64,000 nt of DNA from a virus. The stretch lies in IMG/VR virus record IMGVR_UViG_3300010354_000073, positions 4,558-68,557 of that record. One strand, given 5' to 3'. The translations under genes were made by a program, and so were the position numbers. This document shows, piece by piece, positions 57,287-64,000 of this stretch. The notes under the pieces are model-generated. The model had not been told where the DNA came from. It made no database searches and was given only the letters and a program-made list of their open reading frames with translations. Within the stretch, counting starts at the first letter, position 1. Each line of letters begins with the position of its first letter.

Positions 57287-57924
57287 TTCCATCTTGGTCC
57301 TACCACCCAACCTACAAGAGATTTGCGAACACCTGCTTTAACAGTTCTTACACGATGATTCAAACGAGAATCAAAAATGATTAATGAACCACGTTGTTTT
57401 GAAGCAAACCATGATTCACCATTTTCATGAAATTGTAGTTCGCCCCCATCATATTCTTTCTCATCTGATAATTGTAATGAGAAAGAGAGTTTACGACAGT
57501 ATTCTGCCTGTATCATTGCCAATTGACTCGCATCATTTCTCAATGGTGATGGAGTTTGTTTAGGGGAGAATTGTTGTGCTAGGTGAGTATCTGTATGCCA
57601 ATGATAGTACATACCTTTTTTATAAATGGTGTACTGCAGATATTCACTATCAATGGTAGTAATATCATAGAGGAAATTTTCACGGTTTGCCCTCTGAATA
57701 TAATACCAAATAAAAGAGGCAATCCATTCATCAGTAGGAATCCAAGAATTATGACTATTTCTCGTTGCCTGATTTACTCCCTGTGGTGCTGTAGTTTTAT
57801 CTGTAATTGTATTAATTGTGGTGGATGCTTTTGCTTGTGGTTCATGCAAAAAACATTGCTTACTGATCAGATCTGTAATCTCATCAGGAAGCAATGTTGT
57901 GAATGTAATTTGTGAATGTGCCAT
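57283..57924 (-). CDS. 2OG-Fe(II) oxygenase (prolyl-4-hydroxylase/PKHD-like)
   Basis: QYTIY...YHWHTD, RKLSFSLQLS...YDGGEL, IFDSRLNHRV..V..GVRKSLVGW..GP.W. Confidence 0.9.
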   Translation of the reverse strand: MAHSQITFTTLLPDEITDLISKQCFLHEPQAKASTTINTITDKTTAPQGVNQATRNSHNSWIPTDEWIASFIWYYIQRANRENFLYDITTIDSEYLQYTIYKKGMYYHWHTDTHLAQQFSPKQTPSPLRNDASQLAMIQAEYCRKLSFSLQLSDEKEYDGGELQFHENGESWFASKQRGSLIIFDSRLNHRVRTVKAGVRKSLVGWVVGPRWK

Positions 57925-58163
57925 TATGTTCTAGATTTGTAATCTTCTTCCAATTCATGTTCATTAAAATAAAGAAATACTTCATCAGGATCTTGACGCA
58001 TCCATTCAAGATATTCATCACCAAGAGCAATTGCATTTTGAACAGAATCTTGATTCATTAATTGATGAAACCGTTCTTCTGCCCAGGAGAGAATCTGATC
58101 GGATTGTATAGACACAGATTCATATTCTTTTTCTTGTTGCCGTTGTAGATCATGTTCGTTCAC
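57924..58163 (-). CDS. Hypothetical protein
   Basis: 79 aa, overlapping-coupled to neighbours. Confidence 0.7.
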   Translation of the reverse strand: MNEHDLQRQQEKEYESVSIQSDQILSWAEERFHQLMNQDSVQNAIALGDEYLEWMRQDPDEVFLYFNEHELEEDYKSRT

Positions 58164-58441
58164 ACTGTCACCTCCACAGTTAATTCATTATGCAAATGAT
58201 TATACTCCACGAATTTAGTATGTTGTGGAAGAATGTTACAGATTGCCTGAACAAATTCTTGACAGAAATGACCATGATAACGCCAGAAGAGATCATATTC
58301 TCGTGTGGTGAGATTTTCTTTTGGCATCGGATTCAGAACATGTTCTCCTTGCTCAAGAATAGGAAATCCTTGCAGCAACTGTTCAATATGTGACACCACG
58401 AGAGGTGATGTACGAGAGAGATACGGTTTAAGAGAATTCAT
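58160..58441 (-). CDS. Hypothetical protein
   Basis: 93 aa, overlapping-coupled. Confidence 0.7.
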   Translation of the reverse strand: MNSLKPYLSRTSPLVVSHIEQLLQGFPILEQGEHVLNPMPKENLTTREYDLFWRYHGHFCQEFVQAICNILPQHTKFVEYNHLHNELTVEVTV

Positions 58442-58671
58442 TTGTAGTACACAGGAGCAACAGCATTTTGATGTTGTTGAAGAAAATCAACAGCGGATTT
58501 GTACAGATCATACACAGTTGGAGTGAGATCCATCCAATCAATCAAATCTTGAGTTTCCCAGTCAACATATGCAGTTTCTCCATCGTCTGACACAACATCA
58601 GCAATGACAGCAGCACCAAATTCGTCCAGCGAAATTGCTTTATTGGAAATGACAAAGTACATTTGGTCCAT
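58438..58671 (-). CDS. Hypothetical protein
   Basis: 77 aa; AGGAG SD and promoter upstream. Confidence 0.7.
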   Translation of the reverse strand: MDQMYFVISNKAISLDEFGAAVIADVVSDDGETAYVDWETQDLIDWMDLTPTVYDLYKSAVDFLQQHQNAVAPVYYK

Positions 58672-58697
58672 GATTCTCCTAATGAAGTTCAGTAATC

Positions 58698-58726
58698 AGT
58701 ATAACAGGTTGAGAGTCGCTTGTCAA
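58698..58726 (-). promoter_or_regulatory. sigma70-like promoter TTGACA-17-TATACT (extended -10), no palindrome
   Basis: TGTCAA 58721-58726, AGTATA 58698-58703. Confidence 0.8.
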
Positions 58727-58875
58727 GCGTTGTCGTCAAATTGCTCTAGCAGGTCCCAGGGGACGGATTCTTCTGCGTCTTGCAGGTATTCTTCCTCTGC
58801 AGTCCACAGAACACGCTCACGGGTGCTAGGGTTGTCGTAGGTGGTCGAAAGATCAAAGTCAGAAAAATAAGTCAT
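58723..58875 (-). CDS. Small acidic protein (50 aa, not in track)
   Basis: MTYFSDFDLSTTYDNPSTRERVLWTAEEEYLQDAEESVPWDLLEQFDDNA. Confidence 0.7.
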   Translation of the reverse strand: MTYFSDFDLSTTYDNPSTRERVLWTAEEEYLQDAEESVPWDLLEQFDDNA

Positions 58876-59102
58876 GATTCGTGTGAATGATTACCTTTTA
58901 CAAGTGTGATACGATGCTCTTGATTCTTGAATACAAGAATGCAAACATCTCGGGCAGGATCTCCTTGAAATTTATTGACGCAAACAGTCATGTAAGAATC
59001 GCAAACGAATCTCACTTTGCCATACATGCCATCAATGTAAACTTCTGTCCCTTCTGGTAGCATACCTACCTCAACAATCATATTCTTTGTTGATTGCCGC
59101 AT
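58872..59102 (-). CDS. Hypothetical protein (SH3-like small beta barrel possible)
   Basis: GTEVYIDGMYGKVRFVCDSYMTVCV; start may be ATG 59081. Confidence 0.7.
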   Translation of the reverse strand: MRQSTKNMIVEVGMLPEGTEVYIDGMYGKVRFVCDSYMTVCVNKFQGDPARDVCILVFKNQEHRITLVKGNHSHES

Positions 59103-59223
59103 TAAACTGAGATTCTAGTTCTTCAAGTTGATTGGTTAGAGTTTCATTCTGCTCCAGTAACTGATTTACTAGATCTTGCAGTTTTTCAATAATCTCTTGG
59201 GAGGGATTCATGTGTGTGTCCAT
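59071..59223 (-). CDS. Small coiled-coil protein (50 aa, not in track)
   Basis: MDTHMNPSQEIIEKLQDLVNQLLEQNETLTNQLEELESQFNAAINKEYDC. Confidence 0.65.
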   Translation of the reverse strand: MDTHMNPSQEIIEKLQDLVNQLLEQNETLTNQLEELESQFNAAINKEYDC

Positions 59224-59238
59224 CTGAACAATAACATT

Positions 59239-59487
59239 CTATGTAGGATATTTGGATTTGTCAACCTCATATGTCTTTACATCAGGTCCAAATCTAGGGA
59301 ATGTTGTGTTGCAATCAGGACATTGGTAGTATTCAACACGATCTGATACTACATCATATCCCCCCACAATACGAGAAAAGAAGTATGGCGGAGAGTACAG
59401 ATGCCTCCTTTCCGCAGGTATTGCGGAGGATATCCAATTGGCTCCGCATTCTGGACAACTGGGTAGTTTGGATACTGATACTTTCAT
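59239..59487 (-). CDS. Zinc-ribbon protein
   Basis: CPECG and CPDC pairs. Confidence 0.75.
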   Translation of the reverse strand: MKVSVSKLPSCPECGANWISSAIPAERRHLYSPPYFFSRIVGGYDVVSDRVEYYQCPDCNTTFPRFGPDVKTYEVDKSKYPT

Positions 59488-59621
59488 AGAAATTCTGCCA
59501 TGTAATAATCGACAGTGATCTCACGCTCTGCTGCTTCTTCTTCAAGTGCTTTCCACAGAAGAGCATCAATGTCAGTTTCACCTGTTTTGGTGACATAAAG
59601 ATTGTACTGATCCTGATTCAC
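59484..59621 (-). CDS. Small early protein (45 aa, GTG start, not in track)
   Basis: MNQDQYNLYVTKTGETDIDALLWKALEEEAAEREITVDYYMAEFL; ATGA-coupled to 59487. Confidence 0.7.
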   Translation of the reverse strand: MNQDQYNLYVTKTGETDIDALLWKALEEEAAEREITVDYYMAEFL

Positions 59622-59644
59622 AATGATAAAACCTCAGTTAAAGA

Positions 59645-59809
59645 TTACTTGTTATTGCAGTCAGGATGCCATCCTGCTTGATTTGCACAAAACTCCTTCA
59701 TTGCTTTTTGCTTGTAGTATGCTTTGTACATTTGTTCGTCACGTTTGATTAACATGCCATTCCACATCAGAATGGCAATGACGAGAAAAAACCAAGAATG
59801 TGTTTTCAT
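59645..59809 (-). CDS. Small membrane protein
   Basis: MKTHSWFFLVIAILMWNGMLIKRDEQ...; ATGA-coupled. Confidence 0.7.
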   Translation of the reverse strand: MKTHSWFFLVIAILMWNGMLIKRDEQMYKAYYKQKAMKEFCANQAGWHPDCNNK

Positions 59810-60210
59810 TTGTACAGATAACCTCCCGCCCAATCAGCATGTTCATACAACCACTCACGGGATTGTTCCAGCATCAAATTGAAACGCACATCCTTTGCTG
59901 GACCTGTCCAGGATGCTGGTTTGAATACCTCACCATTGTTACGATCAATAAAAGCATGAACATGACGCTGACCGCCTGCATCCTTCATGATCAGTTTGAG
60001 ATATCTACGACCACGAGTGATGTAGAATTCTACCTCAGGACCATTGTTCTTGATCTGTTCGATCTTCTGAGCATGATAATCCATGTTAATTTCTTCACGG
60101 ATCGAACGCTGGTGAGAGCGAATCTGCTGATTTGCCAGATTCATGGAAAGGGCATCGCACAGCATCACAGCGTAATCTTCGATTTTCTCAGCGGTGAGCG
60201 TGGTGTTCAT
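59806..60210 (-). CDS. Conserved T4-like early hypothetical protein
   Basis: GRRYLKLI...HVHAFIDRNNGEVFKPASWTGPAKDVRFNL...ADWAGGYLYK. Confidence 0.8.
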   Translation of the reverse strand: MNTTLTAEKIEDYAVMLCDALSMNLANQQIRSHQRSIREEINMDYHAQKIEQIKNNGPEVEFYITRGRRYLKLIMKDAGGQRHVHAFIDRNNGEVFKPASWTGPAKDVRFNLMLEQSREWLYEHADWAGGYLYK

Positions 60211-60238
60211 GGGAGGTGTCTCCGTTGATTACCTTGTA

Positions 60239-60296
60239 ATTATAGGGTCAGTAGGACGGCATCGGTTCCTGGATTGTGCCAGTTTGGGAAGTGTCC
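60239..60296 (-). promoter_or_regulatory. Early promoter cassette: palindrome + TATAAT
   Basis: TGCCAG-N8-GTGTCC 60277-60296; -10 at 60239-60244. Confidence 0.7.
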
Positions 60297-60472
60297 ATCT
60301 GTTCCCACACACTGTAAAGTTTGTTGTACAGTGCTGGCACACTGCCATATTGTTTGGCAATGATGTGCTCTTCCCTCAAATCAACACATTGTAATGCAGC
60401 AAGAATAATACCAATCTCTTGTACATTCAGGAGAATAAAATCTTCAGTCATATCAGGCATCATATCCAGCAT
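60248..60472 (-). CDS. Hypothetical protein
   Basis: LNVQEIGIILAALQ...YGSVPALYNKL. Confidence 0.7.
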   Translation of the reverse strand: MLDMMPDMTEDFILLNVQEIGIILAALQCVDLREEHIIAKQYGSVPALYNKLYSVWEQMDTSQTGTIQEPMPSY

Positions 60473-60638
60473 AACGGAGCATCACACGACGACAATCGTA
60501 GGCAGTAAATTCATTAGGATACACACCAAGGCATTGGTGTGTTTGGCGATCAATGATTTCCCATTTTGTGGTGCCGATTCTGCCACGAACGATGAATGGA
60601 TTGTCAATACCAAGTGGATATGGTTTTTTGGTGTTCAT
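60453..60638 (-). CDS. Hypothetical protein
   Basis: 61 aa downstream of promoter cassette. Confidence 0.7.
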   Translation of the reverse strand: MNTKKPYPLGIDNPFIVRGRIGTTKWEIIDRQTHQCLGVYPNEFTAYDCRRVMLRYAGYDA

Positions 60639-60664
60639 GAGTGAGATTGCTCAACTACCTCAGT

Positions 60665-60720
60665 AGTATGTCACAGATCACCTATGTTGTCAAGTGACTA
60701 TGCCAGTTTGTAAACTGTCT
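60665..60720 (-). promoter_or_regulatory. Early promoter cassette: palindrome + TTGACA-17-CATACT
   Basis: TGCCAG-N8-CTGTCT 60701-60720; -35 at 60688-60693; -10 at 60665-60670. Confidence 0.75.
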
Positions 60721-60721
60721 A

Positions 60722-62431
60722 TCAGGACAAATACAAATGAGGAATTGTGGCAAAATTGGCAACCAATACTTGACCATTATCATGAAATTCTTTACTTATT
60801 GCTGATTTAATCTTAGTATCTGTTGCTCCCTCAAAGATTAAATATCCTTTCTTGGTAATGATACCAAATATAGTCAGAAACATTCTTTTCTTTAGGTATT
60901 GATTCAAACTTGGACCACCACGCAATAAGAACCAAGAACACTGTGCATGGACATAGTGTGCTTTTAATCTTTCTAATTTTTGTGCTGATGTCGCTGCTTT
61001 CGCTTCTTTTCCCTTTCCAACTAAGAATTGATGAAATACTGTGTCAGTCACACCACGCATGGATCTTTTGCATGACATGACTAAGTGTGCAATGAAGCGA
61101 TAATATGTGTATGGTAAATCATATAACATTTTATCTTTGCTTCTTTCAGATTGTTTTGGTAATTTATTGACACTAGCATCATATGCTTCGCAGAATTTAA
61201 TTAAATCTGCTTGTCTCTTTGATCCATATAATATGTGCTTGGTTTTAATTTCAACTAAAGCTTTTGAATATAAACTCTTTAATGCTTGATTGCTGCCAAA
61301 GTTTGGAGTTTTTGTTGTACTACCTGTGATAGCATAATTAAATGATTTAACTCTCATCGACGCTACTTCATTAATTACAGTAGAATACATGAAGTATTGA
61401 TTGAAGAATTGTTCAAATGTTTCTACACCAGCACCACCAACCCATTGTCCACCAGTTTTACCTGATGTAAACTGTCCATTGAATCCTGCACCATATCCTT
61501 GAGCAAACAAATCAAATCCATATGATGTACTGCTAATTGGATTTGTATTTTGTTGATTTCTATAGTTATTACCATATACTTTATCATAATTGAATGTCAC
61601 TGGAAATTCCCAATTCAAACGATTTGAGGAAATTCTGAACTTATCAAAATGTATGGTAATCAAATCATCAATTAACTCTCTAACATTATTTTTCTTGTTC
61701 ATTGCTAATGCAAGGAACTTAGTGTATGGATCAATAATATCATCATTTACTGTTGGTTCTGCATATCTACCAGTTGTTCTTCCTACTATGGACACATGGC
61801 GTGTTCCACCAACTGTAGATGGCAATTTTAGTGAGATAGGTATTAATTCTCTGGTATTAAAATACTTATTTGCGAGTGTTCGTATGGTATTATTTCCAGT
61901 TGCCATGTTTGCCAATATCATATCTTTGTTCATATGATTATTGACAATTTCTGTCTGTATTGATGACTTGCTTGTTATATTAACTGCAAAAATATCAGCA
62001 CTCGATAGAATATCTGGTTTAATATTTAAACCAAGTGCATCGATAACTTTCTTCAATATATTATCTTTGACTTCAACAACAAAATCATCATTTTGATCTA
62101 GAAATTCATAATTGCTCCAGGGTTTTCTAATTACATTACCTCTACCACGATTATAAACTTCTTTTGCTACGCTATAAACTATCCTGGCAGTTTTATCATT
62201 ATCACCTTTCTTCCCGCCTTTGATATATGTTGTTCTAGTTAGTTTATCAAAATCAAATCCGCTGCTCAAATGTGTTTTGTATTTTATTTTATCTGCTGAA
62301 GAGACAGACACAGCAGGATCAAACAAATCTAAAAACTTTTGTTCATGATCCGCTTGTTTTTCGTTTGGATAAACAGCGAAGTGTGCAAATGCTAATGCTT
62401 GGATTAATTCCTTTCCTTCTGCCTTTGCCAC
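60722..62431 (-). CDS. Large basic hypothetical protein, possible PD-(D/E)xK nuclease fold
   Basis: 569 aa; SSADIFAV...LIPISLKLP motif pair; AT-rich; late-type promoter CTAAATA at 62455-62461. Confidence 0.6.
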   Translation of the reverse strand: MAKAEGKELIQALAFAHFAVYPNEKQADHEQKFLDLFDPAVSVSSADKIKYKTHLSSGFDFDKLTRTTYIKGGKKGDNDKTARIVYSVAKEVYNRGRGNVIRKPWSNYEFLDQNDDFVVEVKDNILKKVIDALGLNIKPDILSSADIFAVNITSKSSIQTEIVNNHMNKDMILANMATGNNTIRTLANKYFNTRELIPISLKLPSTVGGTRHVSIVGRTTGRYAEPTVNDDIIDPYTKFLALAMNKKNNVRELIDDLITIHFDKFRISSNRLNWEFPVTFNYDKVYGNNYRNQQNTNPISSTSYGFDLFAQGYGAGFNGQFTSGKTGGQWVGGAGVETFEQFFNQYFMYSTVINEVASMRVKSFNYAITGSTTKTPNFGSNQALKSLYSKALVEIKTKHILYGSKRQADLIKFCEAYDASVNKLPKQSERSKDKMLYDLPYTYYRFIAHLVMSCKRSMRGVTDTVFHQFLVGKGKEAKAATSAQKLERLKAHYVHAQCSWFLLRGGPSLNQYLKKRMFLTIFGIITKKGYLIFEGATDTKIKSAISKEFHDNGQVLVANFATIPHLYLS

Positions 62432-62463
62432 GGTATTTTAGTTATGTTCACAACTATTTAGAT

Positions 62464-62736
62464 TTATCTTGCTAGAAATCCAACCTTCACATCATCATCA
62501 TAGATGAAAAACTCAGGGAATTCAAATTGTATCCACGATTCCAATGAGGGAACATCCTCATCATCAAATCCTTCGTATGCAGATTCAAGACAATCTTGTG
62601 CCCATTCTTTCACATCATTTATCCTACCACAATAACGCTCATTGAATAGATCTATTTCGTTTGGAAAGTAAGATTCGTAGCAAGATACGACATCTTCTCC
62701 GTGTTCTTTGATAAGTTGGTCTTTGAGATAGGTCAT
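62464..62736 (-). CDS. Acidic hypothetical protein
   Basis: 90 aa ORF in the operon. Confidence 0.7.
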   Translation of the reverse strand: MTYLKDQLIKEHGEDVVSCYESYFPNEIDLFNERYCGRINDVKEWAQDCLESAYEGFDDEDVPSLESWIQFEFPEFFIYDDDVKVGFLAR

Positions 62737-62755
62737 GATGATTGTGTAACTACTG

Positions 62756-62968
62756 TTATTCTAATGGCAATTTTGCTTTTGATTTGGATCGTGTGCCACT
62801 TTTTTTACTGGCACCCTTGGGTTGCTTTGGTTTTTGTTTTATTCTATGTTTTTTAATTGCTTCTATCGCTTCTTCTTGTGTGCGATGATCCGTCAATTGA
62901 AATCCATTGAAGATGATCATAAATCGATCACCCCAAGGGACAACAGCATATCCGTCGTTAGTTATCAT
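62756..62968 (-). CDS. Hypothetical protein with basic tail
   Basis: MITNDGYAVVPWGDRFMIIFNGFQL...; start re-assigned to ATG 62968. Confidence 0.7.
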   Translation of the reverse strand: MITNDGYAVVPWGDRFMIIFNGFQLTDHRTQEEAIEAIKKHRIKQKPKQPKGASKKSGTRSKSKAKLPLE

Positions 62969-63494
62969 TTTTTCTTTGTATTGCGTTTTTAAAATACTCC
63001 ACATTGTCACCAATCAAACCAGTGCCAGTATTGCAACGCTTACACAGATAACCACGAAACTTTTTAGTTTGGTGATCATGATCACATTGCCACGGACCAT
63101 TTGTTCCATCGACTCCTTCAGGAATATCTTCAACCTTTTCATAGCATATTTTACCACACTGAGGGCATGGTGTCAAATATTCTGGTGGTGGATTGTTTCT
63201 CTTCAGTTGTGTTACAATACTGCTTTCTTTGCTGGAACAATCTTTACAGTTAGTATTGACACGCAATCTCATACCATTTTTCTTGAATCTGGTACGATAA
63301 TGTTGAAAATATATTTCTGGCAATTTTCTTTTGCACACAGAACACGTGCAGTTCACCTTCTCAATCAGATTCTCGTCTGAACATTGATTGCAAACGGAAA
63401 TGAGGGGAAAATCACCTATCACAGACATGAAAAAGTGGTCAGGACTTTTCTCCTGACCACACATTAAACAAGAAAACATGTTCATATTATTCAA
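62958..63494 (-). CDS. Endonuclease VII-like (His-Me finger) nuclease with N-terminal Zn motifs
   Basis: CPQCG...DHDHQTKKFRGYLCKRCNTGTGLIGDN EndoVII signature; extra CxxC pairs. Confidence 0.82.
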   Translation of the reverse strand: MNNMNMFSCLMCGQEKSPDHFFMSVIGDFPLISVCNQCSDENLIEKVNCTCSVCKRKLPEIYFQHYRTRFKKNGMRLRVNTNCKDCSSKESSIVTQLKRNNPPPEYLTPCPQCGKICYEKVEDIPEGVDGTNGPWQCDHDHQTKKFRGYLCKRCNTGTGLIGDNVEYFKNAIQRKNDN

Positions 63495-63759
63495 ATCGAT
63501 CTGCCCAAAGCAAAGAAAACATTTCTTTCATGTTTTCAAGCATAGTATAACGTTGAATGATTTCGTTTTCCATCGGCAATTCACGCATTCCCATGTCCCA
63601 AGGAGAAACCAGATGATATGCTTCGATGGCATTCAAGAGCACATCATTAATCAGTTCATGTTGTGCCTCAGTAAGAGTCACGGTGATGTCGTTGGTGTTC
63701 ATAGTAATTTGTTGTTGAGTATTGACTGGGAGAGAGATCATGTCAGAACGCAATTTCAT
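63487..63759 (-). CDS. Hypothetical protein (start possibly ATG 63702)
   Basis: ORF ends overlapping the nuclease start. Confidence 0.65.
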   Translation of the reverse strand: MKLRSDMISLPVNTQQQITMNTNDITVTLTEAQHELINDVLLNAIEAYHLVSPWDMGMRELPMENEIIQRYTMLENMKEMFSLLWADRFE

Positions 63760-63889
63760 CGAGAGTTGGTACGTTCACACTGGTTGCTTCATCAGTTACA
63801 CTATCACCAGCAATGACATCAAGAATATTAAGAATTTCTTGACCATTGCTGCCCTTACGAAGCATGGAAATCAGGACTTGCTTGCTCAT
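63743..63889 (-). CDS. Small conserved hypothetical protein
   Basis: MSKQVLISMLRKGSNGQEILNILDVIAGDSVTDEATSVNVPTLDEIAF; start re-assigned. Confidence 0.7.
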   Translation of the reverse strand: MSKQVLISMLRKGSNGQEILNILDVIAGDSVTDEATSVNVPTLDEIAF

Positions 63890-63914
63890 GGTAATAAAAT
63901 AATAAGGTTTACAA

Positions 63915-64000
63915 TCAGTTTTCGATGGGGAATAGTTGCCAAGAATCTGGGTTGATACCCATTTCTTCACAACGAACCTCGTAGGCAATACGCTGGAGCA
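63915..64000 (-). CDS. 3' end of a hypothetical protein (partial)
   Basis: ...LQRIAYEVRCEEMGINPDSWQLFPIEN stop. Confidence 0.55.
   Translation of the reverse strand, partial: LQRIAYEVRCEEMGINPDSWQLFPIEN

Noticed and set aside
59354-59596. Track ORF MSPKQVK...
   Set aside because: Overlaps the Zn-ribbon gene; frame 59484..59621 is ATGA-coupled and more plausible
52430-60720. Repeated palindromes as a CRISPR array or integron attC sites
   Set aside because: Degenerate, irregularly spaced, separated by whole ORFs and tied to -10 boxes; no cas or integrase gene in the window
1-64000. tRNA, rRNA, introns/inteins, recoded stop codons
   Set aside because: No cloverleaf or rRNA signatures recognised by eye; long ORFs are intact in the standard code (a tRNAscan/Infernal run would be decisive)

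Overview
This window is part of a T4-like cyanophage (Kyanoviridae-type myovirus) genome, coded almost entirely on the minus strand. Bases 1-51.5 kb are an AT-rich late region. It encodes tail-fibre and baseplate proteins (PAAR-like, gp25, gp6, gp7, gp8, a DUF4815/VrlC-like protein and several repetitive fibres) and carries T4-type late promoters (NATAAATA). Inside it is a late-promoter-driven sugar module: a GT9/heptosyltransferase-like glycosyltransferase, two NodU/CmcH carbamoyltransferases, split HldE adenylyltransferase and kinase, a HAD phosphatase, a cupin and HldD. This module sits directly downstream of three very Cys-rich glycine-rich fibre/adhesin paralogues. Bases 51.5-64 kb are an early region of small ORFs, many missed by the ORF track. 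It contains twelve copies of a palindrome (KGMCAS-N8-STGKCM), eleven of them 30-33 nt upstream of minus-strand -10 boxes. It also has G/C hairpins around several -35 positions, two KTSC-like genes, a GP88-like gene, two 2OG-Fe(II) oxygenases, an EndoVII-like nuclease and a tandem array of DnaA-box-like 9-mers behind a divergent promoter (candidate origin). The best candidates for an under-described system are (i) phage-encoded heptosylation/carbamoylation of virion fibres and (ii) the palindrome-controlled early cassette array with its linked candidate origin. All protein family calls come from motif recognition by eye; no database searches were run.
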